Shown: positions 14,060 to 28,315, numbered from the stretch's first letter. The stretch is 64,000 nt of DNA from Lama glama (GCA_028534125.1 CM052818.1:20648001-20712000), one strand, 5' to 3'. Notes: generated by a model not told the origin, from the letters alone. Program-made: numbers and translations.

Positions 14060-15275
14060 GAGATGCTGCAATGAATACTCTCACACACATAAATATTTCT
14101 AAAGGATAACGTTTCTGGAGGTGGAATTACTGAGTTAATGGGTATGCACATTTTTCATTTCCATAAAGGGTATCAAAACACCCACCATGAAGTCATTCTA
14201 GTCTATGCCTGCATTATGCGTGAGTGTCTGGTCCCCTCCACCTTCAATGATAAATTTTTTTTATATTTACCATTCTGAGAGTTTTTTTTTAAAAAAAAAA
14301 ACCTTATTGTAGGTTGAATATCTTTTTTATATATTTGTGTCATTTGTGTTTCTTTTTCCTGTCAATTATCTGTTCTTGTCTTTCCCCATTTTTCCACTAT
14401 GTTGTTGATCATTTATTAATTTATTAGAGCTCTTTATAAATTAATGATATTAATCCTTTGGTTTGTCAGGGATCTATCCTCCATGAGGCCTGTTTTTTTT
14501 AGTTTTTTGAAATTTAGTGTATCAATTTTTTTATTTATGATTTTCAGGGTCTGTTATACTTAGGAAGAACATGCCAACACAAATTTTTTAAAACTTCTCT
14601 CTTCTTCCACTACTTTTAATATTTAACTTTTTTATCCATCTGGCATTTATGTTGGCATGAGAAGGGAGGTGATGATCCAATTTTTGTTTTTCCAGATGGC
14701 TACCCAGTTGTCCCAAACTGTTTATTGAATAATCTATCATTTTCCTTACTGATATAAAATGCCACCTTTATCTAAAGACAAAGTTTCTATATCTATCAGT
14801 GTCTAGTTCGGGATTCTATTCTATACTATTGATCTTTCTGTCTATTTAAGTGTCAGTATTATATTACTTAAATATATAGAATATCATGTAAAACATATAC
14901 ATTACAAAAGTAGTTCATCTGAATTATTCTTACTTATCCTTGCTATAAATGGAGTCTTTGCTTTCATTCTATTTTCCACCTGGTTGTTTTTCTCTAAAGC
15001 TATTTTTGTATATTAATTTCATGTCAAACCACTTAACTGTATTCTCTTGTTGTTTATAATAGTATATCATTTAGTATATAAGCATACCATATGCACATAA
15101 ATGATAATTCCACCTCTTGCTTTCCACATGTTTCCTTTTTCTTCCTTCCTTCCCTCCTTCTTTCCTTCCTTCCTTCCTTTCTCTCTCGCTCGCTCTCTCT
15201 CATCCAAGTGCATCAGCTAGTACCCAAGAACAATGTTTCATAAAGGCAGTGGTAGCAGACATCCTTATTTTGTTG
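14060..15275 (-). mobile_element. Old, degraded L1M fragment
   Basis: T-rich antisense L1 text (GGTGGAATTACTGAGTTAATGGGTATGCACATTT; CCAGATGGCTACCCAGTTGTCCCAA; GGTAGCAGACATCCTTATTTTGT). Confidence 0.7.
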
Positions 15276-15894
15276 GCAGCATGACCTCTAACAAACCGTG
15301 TAATCCTGTCAGCTCTGTATTCTGCAAAATCTTACAGAAGAAAAAGGGGGGAAATCAAACTGCCAATTTCTACCCTGGGATCTGGGTGAAACAGAAGCAA
15401 GGGAATTATAAGAAGGAAATGCTTTTCCCTAGGACAATGCAACTACACTCCCCCTGCTGGGTCTCTCTGGATTTCTGCCTGCCTTCCCCTCCCCTGAATT
15501 TGCCATGCTTTTTAGGGCCAGGTGTATGTTTTGTGGATGACAAAAAACAAGGGACTAGGATCCCATGCTAAGAATTTCCATGTGTGATTCCCTACATTAT
15601 ACCTATAAAATCTGTAATTAAATTTTTAAATAATAATAATCATCAAAACCTGCTAAGCTACAACTTAATTCTTGGAACTACTGGATGGTCAGGGGCCTAT
15701 CAATGGACAGGTAGCATCCAAGCTGCCAGAGCAGGGTCTTCTCTGTTACAGGCATACCCGCCACAGCAGAGGGGCCGAGTCCACAGTGAACAGGGTGTTA
15801 GCCGGTCTCATCCAAATACTACCTGGTCCATGAAAGCCTGAGTCACATCCCATCTCCTTTACAAAGCTTTCCCACACCACTGCCCCCGAGGCTT

Positions 15895-16292
15895 GGGGAG
15901 AGGCTGCTAGTTGCCTACCTCAATATCAAGTCTCCCCTTCTTCCTTAGTAATAAACCTCCTGAATTCTAGCTGTGCACATGACCACCTAGAATAAAGATT
16001 GTATTTCCCAACCTTCCTTAAAAGGAAGAAAGTTAGTCCTTCTTCTCTTTCTCCTGGAATGTGGTAGCTGAAGCTCTGGCAGCCATATTGGACCATGCAA
16101 ATAAGTGCCACACTCTTGGGATGATGGAGTGGGGTGCTAAACAAAGCCTGGGTCCCTAAAAGCATCATGGAATGTCATTAACAGCCCTGATCAAGACTTC
16201 TTACCCTTGAGAAAAATAAAAATTTGTGTCTTCAAGTCACTGGTAATTTAGGTTTTCTATCACATGCAGACACACTTAATTTTAAGTGGTAC
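15895..16292 (+). mobile_element. Old MaLR LTR (MLT1J-like)
   Basis: GGCTGCTAGTTGCCTACC..TGTATTTCCCAACCTTCCTT..GGCAGCCATATTGGACCATG..AATAAA..CAAGTCACTG. Confidence 0.65.
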
Positions 16293-17087
16293 ACACTGAG
16301 TAGGACCCTTACTGATCACCATATAAGGAGGTGTCAGGGCCTGTTCTTGCTCATGAGTAGGCCTTACCTTCCCCTCAACCCTGCTCCCTGAGGGCAGAAA
16401 CTTCTCAGTCCTGCTCCATGCCTGCTGCCTAATCAGTGTCTGGGGACATAGTTGATATTCAATAAATATTTCCTGAATGACAAACTCTGAGTGACACAAA
16501 AGAAATGCCAGTCAGTCTTCTATGCTTTACACAGTGTTATCAAGAGCACAGGGGAAAAGAAAACTTTGTCTTACCCTAGGAAACCTGGCAATGGTTTTGT
16601 TAACTTTAATTAACTCCCTGACACTCCCTCCTGGCACAATGGTCATTATTTGAATAACAGCAGTCGAGTCTCTTCCATTTTCAGGAAATGTATGCTTAGT
16701 GACTAGCTAGAAGTGAAGAAAAATCACAGAATTCAAATGAGGGCATTCATGCAGATGGGTAAATCTGATCCTTTTTTCAAAAGAATTTATTGTAATCCAC
16801 GGTGACTATAAGAAGCTGTTTAAACAATGTAGTATCTGATTTGGTCTTCTGGTACAGAGAAGGCTTTCAACAAACATTTGTTGAATTTATTATTTATTTT
16901 CATATTTTTATTCCATTTATCTTTTCCTTATGGCTCTTTCCTAATGTTCCCTTCACAGACAGAAATTCAGCTCTTCCCTTCAGAGGAATCTAAGAGGCAG
17001 AGGCCAGTGTTAAAGTTACATGGACCCTTTTCTCCTGTCTCAGCTCAGCACCTTCCTGATCTTTTGACCACAAAGCGAAGGGGACAT

Positions 17088-17184
17088 GAGAAAGAATATA
17101 TGTATGTTCATGTATGACTGAAACATTATGCTGTGCACCAGAAATTGACACAACATTGTAAACTGACTTCAATTAAAAAAAAAA
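17088..17184 (+). mobile_element. Short L1 3'-end fragment with poly(A)
   Basis: GTATGACTGAAACATTATGCTGTGCACCAGAAATTGACACAACATTGTAAACTGAC followed by an A tail, shared with the 38316 and 41677 copies. Confidence 0.8.
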
Positions 17185-17211
17185 TTTTTTTAAAGAAGCC
17201 TGAAACAGATA

Positions 17212-17529
17212 CAGTCAGAACCTCCATATCCATGAATTTCACATCCAAGGATTCAACCAACTGCAGGTGTAAAATTTTGGAAAAAAAAATTCCAGAAAGT
17301 TCCAAAAAGCAAAATGTGAATTTGCTGCACACTATTTATATCGTATTAACAATTATTTACATATCATTTACATCATATTCAGTATTATAAGTAGTCTAGA
17401 GAGATTTAAAGTATGCAAGAGGATATGGGCAGATTATGTGCAAATACTTTTTAAAGTATTTTATATGAGACTTGAGCATCCACCAATTTTAGTATCTGCA
17501 GGGGTCCTGGAACCAATCCCTCTTGACTG
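17212..17529. mobile_element. MER2 (TcMar-Tigger non-autonomous DNA transposon)
   Basis: TA|CAGTC...GACTG|TA termini. Internal GGATTCAACCAAC, AAAGTTCCAAAAAGCAAAA and GGGGTCCTGGAACCAATCCC. Confidence 0.85.
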
Positions 17530-19461
17530 TACTGTAACCAGTGCCAAAACTATGGCAGGCATTCCTTCTCACTGTGGATCTAGCCTCTCCTGACCTGTAA
17601 CTTTCTGCCTTCTCTTTCTTCTGCACAGTGTCTACTGACAGGACACTACCAGCCACACAGACCCCATTTGTAAATTACAAATGGTTGGGTGGGGCACAAA
17701 AGTCCCACCATACATGTCTTGGGCACGTGGACCACTCCACGTGCACGTTATAAAAGGTAACCCTTCTTCTGGAAGAGCCAGCCCCAAGTCTGGGAACCCG
17801 GTTAGCAAGAGAAATGAGAATTGAAGTTCAACCCCCACTTGCCCCAGCCAGGCACCCTGGTACAAGAAACCCAAAACTTCAGCTCAGCCTGGCCCTCTGA
17901 CTCACACACTACTTGTGGGTTGTGAAATCAGTTTAGTAGGTCCAATCAACTATTTAAATTAAACAGTAGGTTATTAAACTGGATGGGTGCCTCTCATGTA
18001 GGGAGAGTAAGCATTATTCCATTACTCTCGTGTGCGCACCTGTGTCACAAGGAAGAATGAACTTCCTACTCTGAGCCCAGCTCAGATCTCTGAGAATCCA
18101 GGCAGGAGTTTGCCTGTGGTCCTCTCCTGAGCGCATGTGAGGCAGGCCTTACCCTCGCTAGTGTAATCTCAGAATCATGCCTGCCCCATTCCTCAACAAC
18201 TTGTGATTCCTTCACCAGAAGCCCAGGCCTTTCAATTCATCAAGAAGAGCCAGATTCAAAAGGCAGACTTTTCTGAAAATGGGAACCCATGGACTTAGAG
18301 TCACATTGGAGTCTAAATGGCTAATGGCAGATGTTTCTAAGAGCAAGAAAAGCCTATGGCATTGCTGAATGGAGAGAGTGGGAGTGAGGATGCTCCTACC
18401 TCATTCACCATTTCATCCCACTGTGGCTTAACCTCTCTCTCCCTCCCACCCCTCAAGTCTCCCGACACCAGGCCAGCCGTACTCCAAAGTTGTTTGTGGT
18501 GTCCGACAGCAAGGAAGATTGAAACTTCTGACTAATGAGCCCTTGGGCTGACTTGTGGATCTAGCATCCCCCATTATTTCTGTCCCCATGACCACAAATG
18601 ATGGAAAATGGGCTGCAAGTTTAGCTGCCCATCAATGGAAAACATATGTCTGTCTGGCCAAGGGATGGGGAAACAGGAGCAGCCACCACTACAGGCAGGC
18701 ACCGGATGCCAGCGGAGTGTGGCCAAGCGGGGGGAACACCCAGCACTGTCTGGGGTCTATTTGCTTTCTCTGATTTTATTCTTTCGGTAGCAGCATCCAG
18801 TTCCAGCTCTAATGACTCTTTCAAGGTAAGAGAATGCCTTCTGAAATGTGCATAAATACGGCTCCCGAGAAACATTTCCCCAGCTCCCATGAAACATCAA
18901 GGCTTGATTACATCCCATCTCTCATTCTTTCCAACTAGGCTGGAAGGTACTTGAGTGCAAAGACCTTAAGCATCTTCATCCTGCTGTCCTAAGCCCACAG
19001 CTGGCACCTTGCTCCTCAGGCATTTCTCTTCCTGATCTCACTTCCTCCCTCTCCCTGAGAAAGGCAGGACTTACAGCGACTGAGCCCGGAAATAGTTTTG
19101 CTTCTTTGATGATTCCAAAGAAAGATGTCTCACCTTTCCTAATGCTACTTGGCTGACTGCTTGGAGAAAAAAAAAAATTGTTGTAGTCTATGGGGGTGCT
19201 AATTAGAATCAATTAAAACTCAGCTGCCTGCCCTGGCACTCCATTCCCTCGCAGGATTTCTCAGCCCTTGTGAAAATCAAGAGGGATCCAGAGAGAAAGA
19301 GATTCTGCAGCGAAAAGAATATCCACCCCCTTTCCTGACTCAGTCTCCCAACCCAGCCTTGGCCAGACAGCGCCCCTTCGCTCAGGAAGTAAAATCACGG
19401 CTGGATTTGTCAGGGGAATAAAATGCCCTAAGTTGCTGAGGGCATTATAAACTAGCCTCCA

Positions 19462-19625
19462 TTAAAAAAAAAAAAGTTACTATGTGAGGTGGCAAATACG
19501 TTAATTAGCTTGATTGTGGTAATCATTTCACGATAGTGTAAGTATATCAAATCATCATGTTGTATGCTTTAAATACATAAACTTTTTTTGTCAATGACAC
19601 TTCAATATAGCTGGGAAAAAATAAA
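19462..19625 (+). mobile_element. L1M 3'-end fragment
   Basis: ACTATGTGAGGTGG..GTTAATTAGCTTGATTGTGGTAATCATTTCAC..ATCAAATCATCATGTTGTA..CTTCAATATAGCTGGGAAAAA. Confidence 0.8.
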
Positions 19626-22600
19626 TTTTTAAAAACTGTCCTCTGTTAAAAAATAAACAAAAGATGTAAAATATTGCTTTTTTAAAGGGCACAGAGATGA
19701 AGACTTTATAACTGTGCACAGATGACCTTCAGTGACCAGGGTTTATCACATATCCTCTGCATGCCAGGAGCACCTGCAATCACCAAGGCAGAAAACTACA
19801 ACTGGAAAGTCATCTGGGAGCCAAATTACCCCCTCAAGACCACACAAACGTCACTCTACAAGTTCCTACATCACACTCTCAGACAGGCAACTTATGCAAA
19901 ATCGGTGTTCACTGAATGTCTTTTTTGAAAAACAAAAATCAAGTTTGAGTCCAAACTCATCAAATTGTACATGGATCCACTGTACCTGTCAACAATGCCT
20001 CAGTAAATCTGTTTTTTGAAAGTAAGTTCAATTAGTCAATTTACAATTGTTTGAAAAAACAGTATTTATGCTTTAATAAATCAAACATCCCTATTTCATA
20101 AGAAAAACAGCAATCACATTTGCTTCTCATAAAGAGCGCTGGTGAAGAATTTGAATGGGGAGGAATGCCTGGATCCACACCGATGGGGCAGGGTAGCTGG
20201 GGAGGAAAAACAAATGCATGCAAATGTTACTAATAACCCAAGACAGGATGTAATAAGTGCCAACTGAATGACCCAGACAGTACACATTACAGGAGTAGTG
20301 ACTGCTGACTGTCTTAGCTTAGGGAAAACCCAGCCATCCTGCTGCTTTAAACACAGGCCTCGGTGTTTGGATTCCCACAGGCATTGCCCATTCCTGTCCA
20401 CTCATGTGAGCATGGTGTTGTGTCACCAAGACATAACCCTAGCTTCTGGTATCCCAGGCCAAGGAAGGGATAACCAACACAACTAGATCAATTTTGGAAT
20501 AGAATAACACAGACGAAATTGCCCAAGAGTCAAATGGGGCATTAAGCACAGGTATAAACACTCAAACCAAAATAGATCTGACTGGCCTCCAGCTAGGTGC
20601 ATCAATTCCTACCTGGACACTCTGAATACTTCATGACTTGGTTAGTAGGTAAAATGCAATAAGACCAATTTCTAAATGACAATTTGAAAAACCACCTGAC
20701 TAAAGTTCAGAATAACTACATCACCCTAGATACTCAATCCCAAAGACTTCCTATCATGAGACAAATGAAAAGTGGTTATAGTAAGTACAGGAAGAAAACA
20801 ATGTCTTCACATGACATTTTACAGTTTGTAATACCTAAGTTCCTAAAGGTTTAAAATCTCTAACCTCTAACACAGTGCTTGGAACACAGTAGGCAGTCGA
20901 TAAGCATCTGTTGAGTGAAGAATAAATATGATGGATAAGAACTTTAGAGTGTCTGAGACAATGCTGTTTTACGTGTATTAGTCTGACTTTTGTTATAAGC
21001 ATCTTAAGACAACCATATCTTCTCATTTGTTTTCAAAGGTTGAAATGTACAAGGCTATTGGAAAGTCTCTATAATATGCATATTTGTTCAAGGGTTTTTC
21101 TACTCTCCTGAAAATCATTCCACAGAAGGTGGCTGGGCTAGGTATGTATGTATGTATCTGAGAGTGCGTGAGTTCTGGTCGAACGGCAGAAGTGGGCTGT
21201 GCTTTATCAGCCTGTCTTTATTTTACTTTCTCAGTTTGGCTCTCCACATCCCGAGCCTATAAACAGCCCGACTTTAATGTTTAACCCTGGGCATCATAAA
21301 ACCATCAGTCAAAAGAACAGGTCTGAGTCTCAAGGGCTGGGGTGGGCATCCCTACCATAGATGAGCTCATATTTGGGATATGAGGAGCATGATCCTCTTT
21401 TTCCATTCCCCCTCCAAGTGCAGGGAGAGGGGCACACAGACCCCATTCTATCAGCTTGAACACATCAGAATCTCCTAACTTGGAAAGAACAAATCTCACA
21501 ACGAAGCCTCCTGCAATGGCGAACGCTCACCATCAAACTCAACAAAGTTGGCAGCCCCTGGAGATTTACAGCCCCAATACCAATCCACTCTCTTATGGTT
21601 TGTCTAACGTCTTTGGCTGTTTCTAGAAGACTGGGAGCCAAATCCGTGAACACTAGTTTCAAGCCCATACCCTCCCCCTTCATCCCAACATACACCTGTT
21701 AATCTCTGATTCTGTCTCCTTACCTCTCTCTCAATAGTTATTATTATGATCTCTCTCAAAATCCTGTATTAACAAGGAGAGATGCTAAACATCTTCCCAG
21801 ATCTAACAGCATGGAATAAAAGTGCAGGAAATAGGCAGAGCCTGGATTTAGAAAATAGACTTCTCATGACCTTTGCCTTATGAAGATTTCACCTTCATGG
21901 TGCAGAATCCTTGGGTCAGACCAGGAAGAGCCGAGCTGCACCAGCCTCTCTATCCCTGATGAAGAATGGACAGAGTGCCTGGAGAAGTCAATCAACAAAC
22001 CCATAGCTGGGTCCCACGTACACCTGCAGGCTCCCGGCTCCCTGTTCTTGGTGGTCACCTGCTCCCCACACCCCTCCTTCGTGTAAGTATTCCACATGTG
22101 CCCCAATCTGCCCTATCTTTCAATCCATCACTTAAGTTCCCCTTCTGCCTGGAGGACTTTCCTGACTATTACATACACTCAAGAGCCTGACTTTCTTAGA
22201 TCTACAGTGTTTACTGTCTGTATCGCATCCTTGACACCTATTACAAACAGACTCTGATTTTAATATACGGGCACTTTGTTTTCCCAACTGGATTGCAAAT
22301 GCTGAGGGCAGGGTTTTCCCTGGCATAGTAGACATGCTGTAAAAAACATGTATGAATTAACGTGGGATGAAGATGAAGTTGGAGCCTGTGCCTACCCCAG
22401 TGTAGGTCCTAGAGGGAGAAGTCTCATTCCCAATGTAAAAGCATAATTAGGCTTCCAATACTGTGCTTTTCTTTTGGACTTAATATGTGTGCCTGTAGTT
22501 CAGTGTTTACAGCAAGAGATTGTCTATAGAAGTCCAGGGGTAGTTTCTATTGTCACATTGCCATTTGTTGCTTGCATATTTATGAAAAATTATCCTTTTG

Positions 22601-23899
22601 GGATGAAATTTTCCATGACTGGCTTTTGACCCAAAATAAGGGTGTTTCTCTCTCTTTTTTTTTTTCTTTTGGAAAATTTGAACAATATCCAGTCAGCCAT
22701 GTAGAAGCTGGGCATTCGTGGAAAAAACAATGACATGTTTTGTCTTTCAAAATCAATGTAAGCCTTTCTTTTGCGTGACCAATTAAAAAAACGACTAAAC
22801 TTCAAAATGAGAAACTTTCCACTTGTCTAAGCTTCATCAAGGAGGAACCTGGTTGATAATGAGATAATGGAATGAGAATAAAGCAGAAACAATTAGAAGA
22901 CGCATCTCTTCATTCCACTTGCACTAAATTTCACAGATGCCCACAGATGCAGTCCTCTTCCCAAGACTTGTGAACTTCAAAATTTCATAGCATTTGGGAA
23001 ATCTGAGTCCACTGAGGCTGAGCTTACGCTCAGAGAAATGAAAAAAGTTTCCAGACAACTCCAGGATAAATTTCTGGAAGGTAAATATTTTAGTTATCAT
23101 CTAAGAAGAGTTCCCTCCAGATTTCCCTTCATACAAACTTTTTGGCCTTCTAACCTCTCATCTGTGACATTTCCTCACCTGATACCTGTTTTAACAGGCT
23201 CATTTAGTGAAGTTCATTCTGTGCCCTTAAAATTAAAAAGAAGCTTAGAAACGACTGGTCCCCTTAACTAGCACATGCATTTTTTAAAATTTGGCAATAG
23301 CTGTTGCAAAATATTTGCAATCTGCAGAAAAATAACAACATGGGAGAGATGTTTAAAATATGATCCCTCACTAATGCTACCAAAATTATACATCACACTA
23401 GGAACAAATACCAAAATAAAATGAAAAATCTTAACTTTGGTTTCTTTCATTTTTTTAATTTAAAAAAAGGACATTTTAAGAATATTTTGATTGTATAATT
23501 CAAAAGAACTACAGTATTCTGAATGCATCTGAACATAGGTAGAGTATTAAATGTTTAAGCCAAAAAGCCCCAAATTTCAATATGAAGTATTGAACACATA
23601 CACACATACCCCCAAGAAAACCAACAAGAAGTAGATGAGGAAGGCAGAAAAACCAGGTGAGTGGAAATTCCCTTGTTACAACTAAGAAACAAAGCTTTTC
23701 CCCTATATGAACCACCAACCTGGTTGACTTGGTTCTAAAAGATTTTTCAGACTTGTAAAGTAAGTTTGCTATTTACATTGTAAGGGCAAAGAAGAGGGAA
23801 GAAGAGGGCAGGAAAAGCCAGTGATGGGCTCATCTCTGTTCCCACTAACTTTCCATCACTGAATTCACCTTTCAATTGTCCTCATGTTTACTACCTTAA

Positions 23900-24830
23900 A
23901 CAGTCCTATCTATTCCAAAATCAAATTCCCCATAGCAGATCTAAAGCAGCCATCAAGGCCCTGGCACCCACAACACCCGTTCCTCCGAATTACCCATCTC
24001 AGTAACGAGCACCTAGAGCCATTCCCTTGCTCAAACCAGAAACGTGGGGTTCATCCTAGATCCCAGCCACCCTCACTCCCCACATCCAATCCACTGCCAA
24101 ATCTGCCTTCTCCGATCACTAGCAGCCCTGCCAATTCCCACTCTAATCGGCTAACTGACTAGAATAGTTCCCTAATTTTTTAATCTAGCTCTGGTCCATT
24201 CTCTAGTGTGATACATTTCAAATCTGGTCAGGCTAAGTCTCAGCTTTAAAATCTTCCCCTGGCTCCCCTGTTAGCCTCAGAACAGAGCCCAAACTCACCA
24301 ACTGCTATGCACCCAAAGGAACTTCTCAGGATTCCAAGATTAACTCTTAAGGAAGGGAGGGAGAGAAGGATGGAGAAGGGGAGGGAGACGGGAGATGGGG
24401 AGAGGAACACTGCGGGAGGGAGGAAGGAAGAAAGGAAGGAAAGAAAGGAGGAGCCAGCTGACAAAAAAAATCTTACCCTTCTCCACATCTCCAACTCCTT
24501 CCCACCCGCCACCGCACTTCACAGTGCAGTCCCAGCCCTCAGTTTCTCATTTCAGGTCTCTGCTTAAATGTCACCTTCTCCCCAAAGCCTCCGCCTACCC
24601 CACACATCAAGTTTGGTGGCCCCTTTTTAAAAAATGACCCCATGGCATATGTCACAGTACTTTTCCCCCTATGTACTTGCCCATTTGTTTATCTGCCCCC
24701 CAATTTGAGTGTAAGCCCTCTGAGTCAGGGTGCAGGTATCTACCAGGACCCTAGTTATTATATCCCCAGGGCCTAGCTTGAGGCCTGACACAGGACAGGG
24801 GATCCCTAATGATTTGTTGAATGAATAATC
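23900..24830 (+). mobile_element. L2 LINE remnant with an internal purine-rich tract
   Basis: TTCAGGTCTCTGCTTAAATGTCACCTTCTC; GTGTAAGCCCTCTGAG; 3' terminus ATTTGTTGAATGAAT. Confidence 0.7.
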
Positions 24831-27800
24831 TAGAAATTAGGAAGAAAAAAGGAAAGAGGAGGTGCTTGATACTCCCCACTTCAACAACCAGGAGTGACTG
24901 ACCCCAGAAGGATGGGCATGTGCTGCCTTTACTCCAGCCTCCTTAGAACCTGGACCAAGCTCTTCATGACAACAAACTTCTCATCACAATGGAACAATGC
25001 CTGTGTCTGGCAGAGAATGCAAAAGGTGGTGCCCTATGGACGCCAAGTCCCAGCTTTCCTTTGGTGGGTGGGTCAGAATTTATTTCAAGCGGCATCATCC
25101 TCCTATCCACATACCAGGCTTAAACGGAGGTTTCCTCTTAATGTAAAAACAGAGTTCTCATTAATGTCGTTCTAAACTGCATGTGTTAAGTGAGGAAAGG
25201 GCTCTGTATCCTTGAAGAAATGATTAAAATGTTTTCAATAGTTTTGTCGCGCTTGTTTGGGTTTTTCAAAATCTCCTTCAAAGAGCAACACTCCAATCAC
25301 CACTGGCTTTACGAGTAAACAATGATCAAAACACAGGTGAGCCAGGAACCATATCATCAGGGCTGAACGTCCAGCAGAGAAACAAGGGGAGGGGGGCGGG
25401 CATCCTGAGACTGGGAATGATTCAGGTGATGAGCCCCTCCAGCGAAGCTGTCTTGGGGCGCCCTGAACTTCCCATGGCCCAGAAGGTAACTCTGGCAGTA
25501 AATAACTTTTCCAAAAAAGAAATCAACAAGTGGCATCCATTAACTACCATGATTTCAGATCCAAGGCAGAAAATCAATGCGAAGAGGCTAAAGCTTCTCA
25601 CGTCAGAGCCTGGAGTGGCGGCAGCCACTTTGAGGAAAAGAAGCAAAATGCTGAGATACTTGCATTTGCGTGACCAGAGTTGGCATCCTCCTCCCCACCC
25701 CCTGCCTGCCAGCTGGAAGCTTCCTGGTGGATAGCGGTCTCCCACTTGGGGCCTTCTGGGAGCCAAAGATCAGCTCTCCAAGACCCCTGGGAACTCCGAG
25801 TGGTGCCTAACAAGCAGACGCCTGAATGCTTCTTGCATGACCTTCAGTCCAGCCCCTCTCCCTCCTTCCCTCCTCCCAACCTCAGATGATGAAAGATAAC
25901 CGTGCCAAGTAGACCAGCATGCTGAAAAGGAACAAGGTTGGAGGGAAGTAAGGGGTGACCGAACGAGGAAATGCACCACTGAATTTCCCCAAACCACATG
26001 GACCAAAAAACTCGTCAGACTGGTTTAAAATTAGCCAATACCCAGGAGAATTTATTAAATGCAACTGTTATGATTCATTTAGATTCACTCCAATGATGAA
26101 ACAAATGAGAGCGAGATGACTGTATTTCCCCCGTAGGGGGTCACAATCCCCCCACTGCTCCTGAGTAGAAGGTGGAAGAAAAGCATGAAAGCAAAGACTT
26201 AAAAACGGCATCATGTTTATCCACTGTCAAAAAAGGGGAGCTGAGGAGGGTTGAAGGCCTAGGTGAAGACAACAGGGGACTTGCTGGATTTCCCTGGTTT
26301 GAGGAAACATTTTCTGGAAAGGAGACGGCTTCACGTACGTCTACAGAGTGCTTTCTCATGCTGCTCCTAGTTTGTTTTGCAACATACAGTGTTCGCGACT
26401 GTTCTGTCAGTTTGTCATTTACGATGAAGTCTGGTTCCCCTGGATCTGTCCGCTTTCTCCTTGGGTCAGCCAGCCTCAGAAACTTCCACACCATCCCTTC
26501 CTTAATTTCTCCAACATTCAGTGAGCCTCAAGTTGGAATCAGGTATATGGATGGACCCCGGGGGATTCTCTGCCTTGCTGAGGCAAGTGTAAATTAAGAG
26601 ACCAGATCTGTAATGGGCATAATCCAAACACAAAAATCTTGGTACCAAAAATAATCACTTCTGTCACCTATGTCCCAAACAGTTCAACCACCTGCTTTTC
26701 CTCTGCCTTCAAGTTCATCAGGATGAGGCCAGAATCCTTATAAACTCCTCAGGGGCACCAGAAGAGGAGTTTCTACAGACTAAGTTCAAATCTCCTAGCG
26801 CTCCACTCCCCTAGGCGGTGCCTCCCTCTTTTCAGGAAGCAATGTCTCTTTTCCACTGGACTTTCCATAAAGAAGCTAGGTTTCTTTTTCCTTGGCTTCC
26901 AACCTGTGCTTTGGACAGTGCCATAAAATTCCTCCATAATTTATGGCCTGTTTTCCCTTTAAAGAGGAAAAGCACAAATCCCTCACAGACGGGGAGACAA
27001 GCGTTTCAAATGAGAGGTTATCTAGAAATATGTCCATTCAGCAAGGGTAAGTTGGGTCCCTGACTCACTGTTGAAGGTTTACATGAAGACCCCAGCCCTT
27101 GACATGGTCTCAGCAAGAGCCAGGTCACAAGTGAGTATCTGGTTTGAAAGATTCCTCTTGGCCAAAAAGCTCTTCTTCACCTGTCTCTGACATCTGAAAA
27201 TTCCAGAGTTAGAGATGTCGCCCTCTGGGTGAAGGATTGCTTCCTCTTCGGCACTCTCCAAAAGTGCCAGGCTGGAAAACTCATTATGTGTGGACACCCC
27301 AGTGAAAACGAGTTTATCAGCTAAGAGGAACCCAGGAGGCCTGACTGGGTCCAGGTGAGGAGGGGCCCTCAAGGACACGAAAACCTGAAACCAATCTTCG
27401 CCTCCATCACGTTTTTTTTTACAGCAAGTCAGCCTCCATGATCACACTGAGACCTCTCTGCATGTAGCTTTTCCCCAATCTTTTCTAATAAACACAAGGA
27501 AATGAAATATGAAAATCTGCCTTCACAATACAGTTGATTGGGCGCAATGACCCGGTAATAAATGGTTTCTGAAGAGAAAGAGCAAGAGTTGAATTGCACT
27601 TGGATAATACTCAGACTGACCTGATTCAGGAAGGAGGAGGAACCGTGGGCTTCTGACCTCAGCCCATGTGGTTCTATATGAACGATCTCAGGAACCATAA
27701 CATCAGTTTGGCAACTGCTTTATGAATGTCACTGGCTAAAGACAGAACAAGGCTGAACCAGCAGAATGTCACTCAGAAAGCCCTGCTAATGACAGCCCTA

Positions 27801-28024
27801 TCCATACTTCTTTTCTCACATAAAAACAATTGTCCAGCCTCAACTCTCCCTTCTGTAGGGTCAGATGCCTATAAACAGCACTTGGGATCCTACTTTTAAA
27901 AACAGAGATTTACACTTAATGATAAAAAGAATGACCAAAACTAGTAATGATGCCTTCTTGCTCATTGCATTCGTCTCCTTTGGTCTACAGCCATAGATAG
28001 GTAGCATTTGCTTTAAACAGTAGA

Positions 28025-28315
28025 GGCCAGATTCTCAGACGGTCCTTCCTACATGAGTTCAACAGATATAAGGACTCTCCCCAAAGCAGTGCTGCATGAA
28101 CAAATGAGTTTGGGAACACTATTCACTCAACTGCCAACCTGGAGGCTAATGGAAATTAGTATATTAAAGGCTCTGAAAAGTCCTGCAATAAATGTTTCAT
28201 TTTATTTAATCCACTGTTTCCAAAATCTACTTGACTATGGCATTCCTCTTTTGAGTGTGTATGACCTATTAACTTCTTTTATTCAGCAGAACACATTTTG
28301 GGAAACCCTACTCCA
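28025..28315. mobile_element. hAT-Charlie fossil (MER112-like)
   Basis: TTAGTATATTAAAGGCTCTGAAAAGTCCTGCA..CAGAACACATTTTGGGAAAC. A related copy lies in the opposite orientation at about 35925-36200. Confidence 0.55.
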
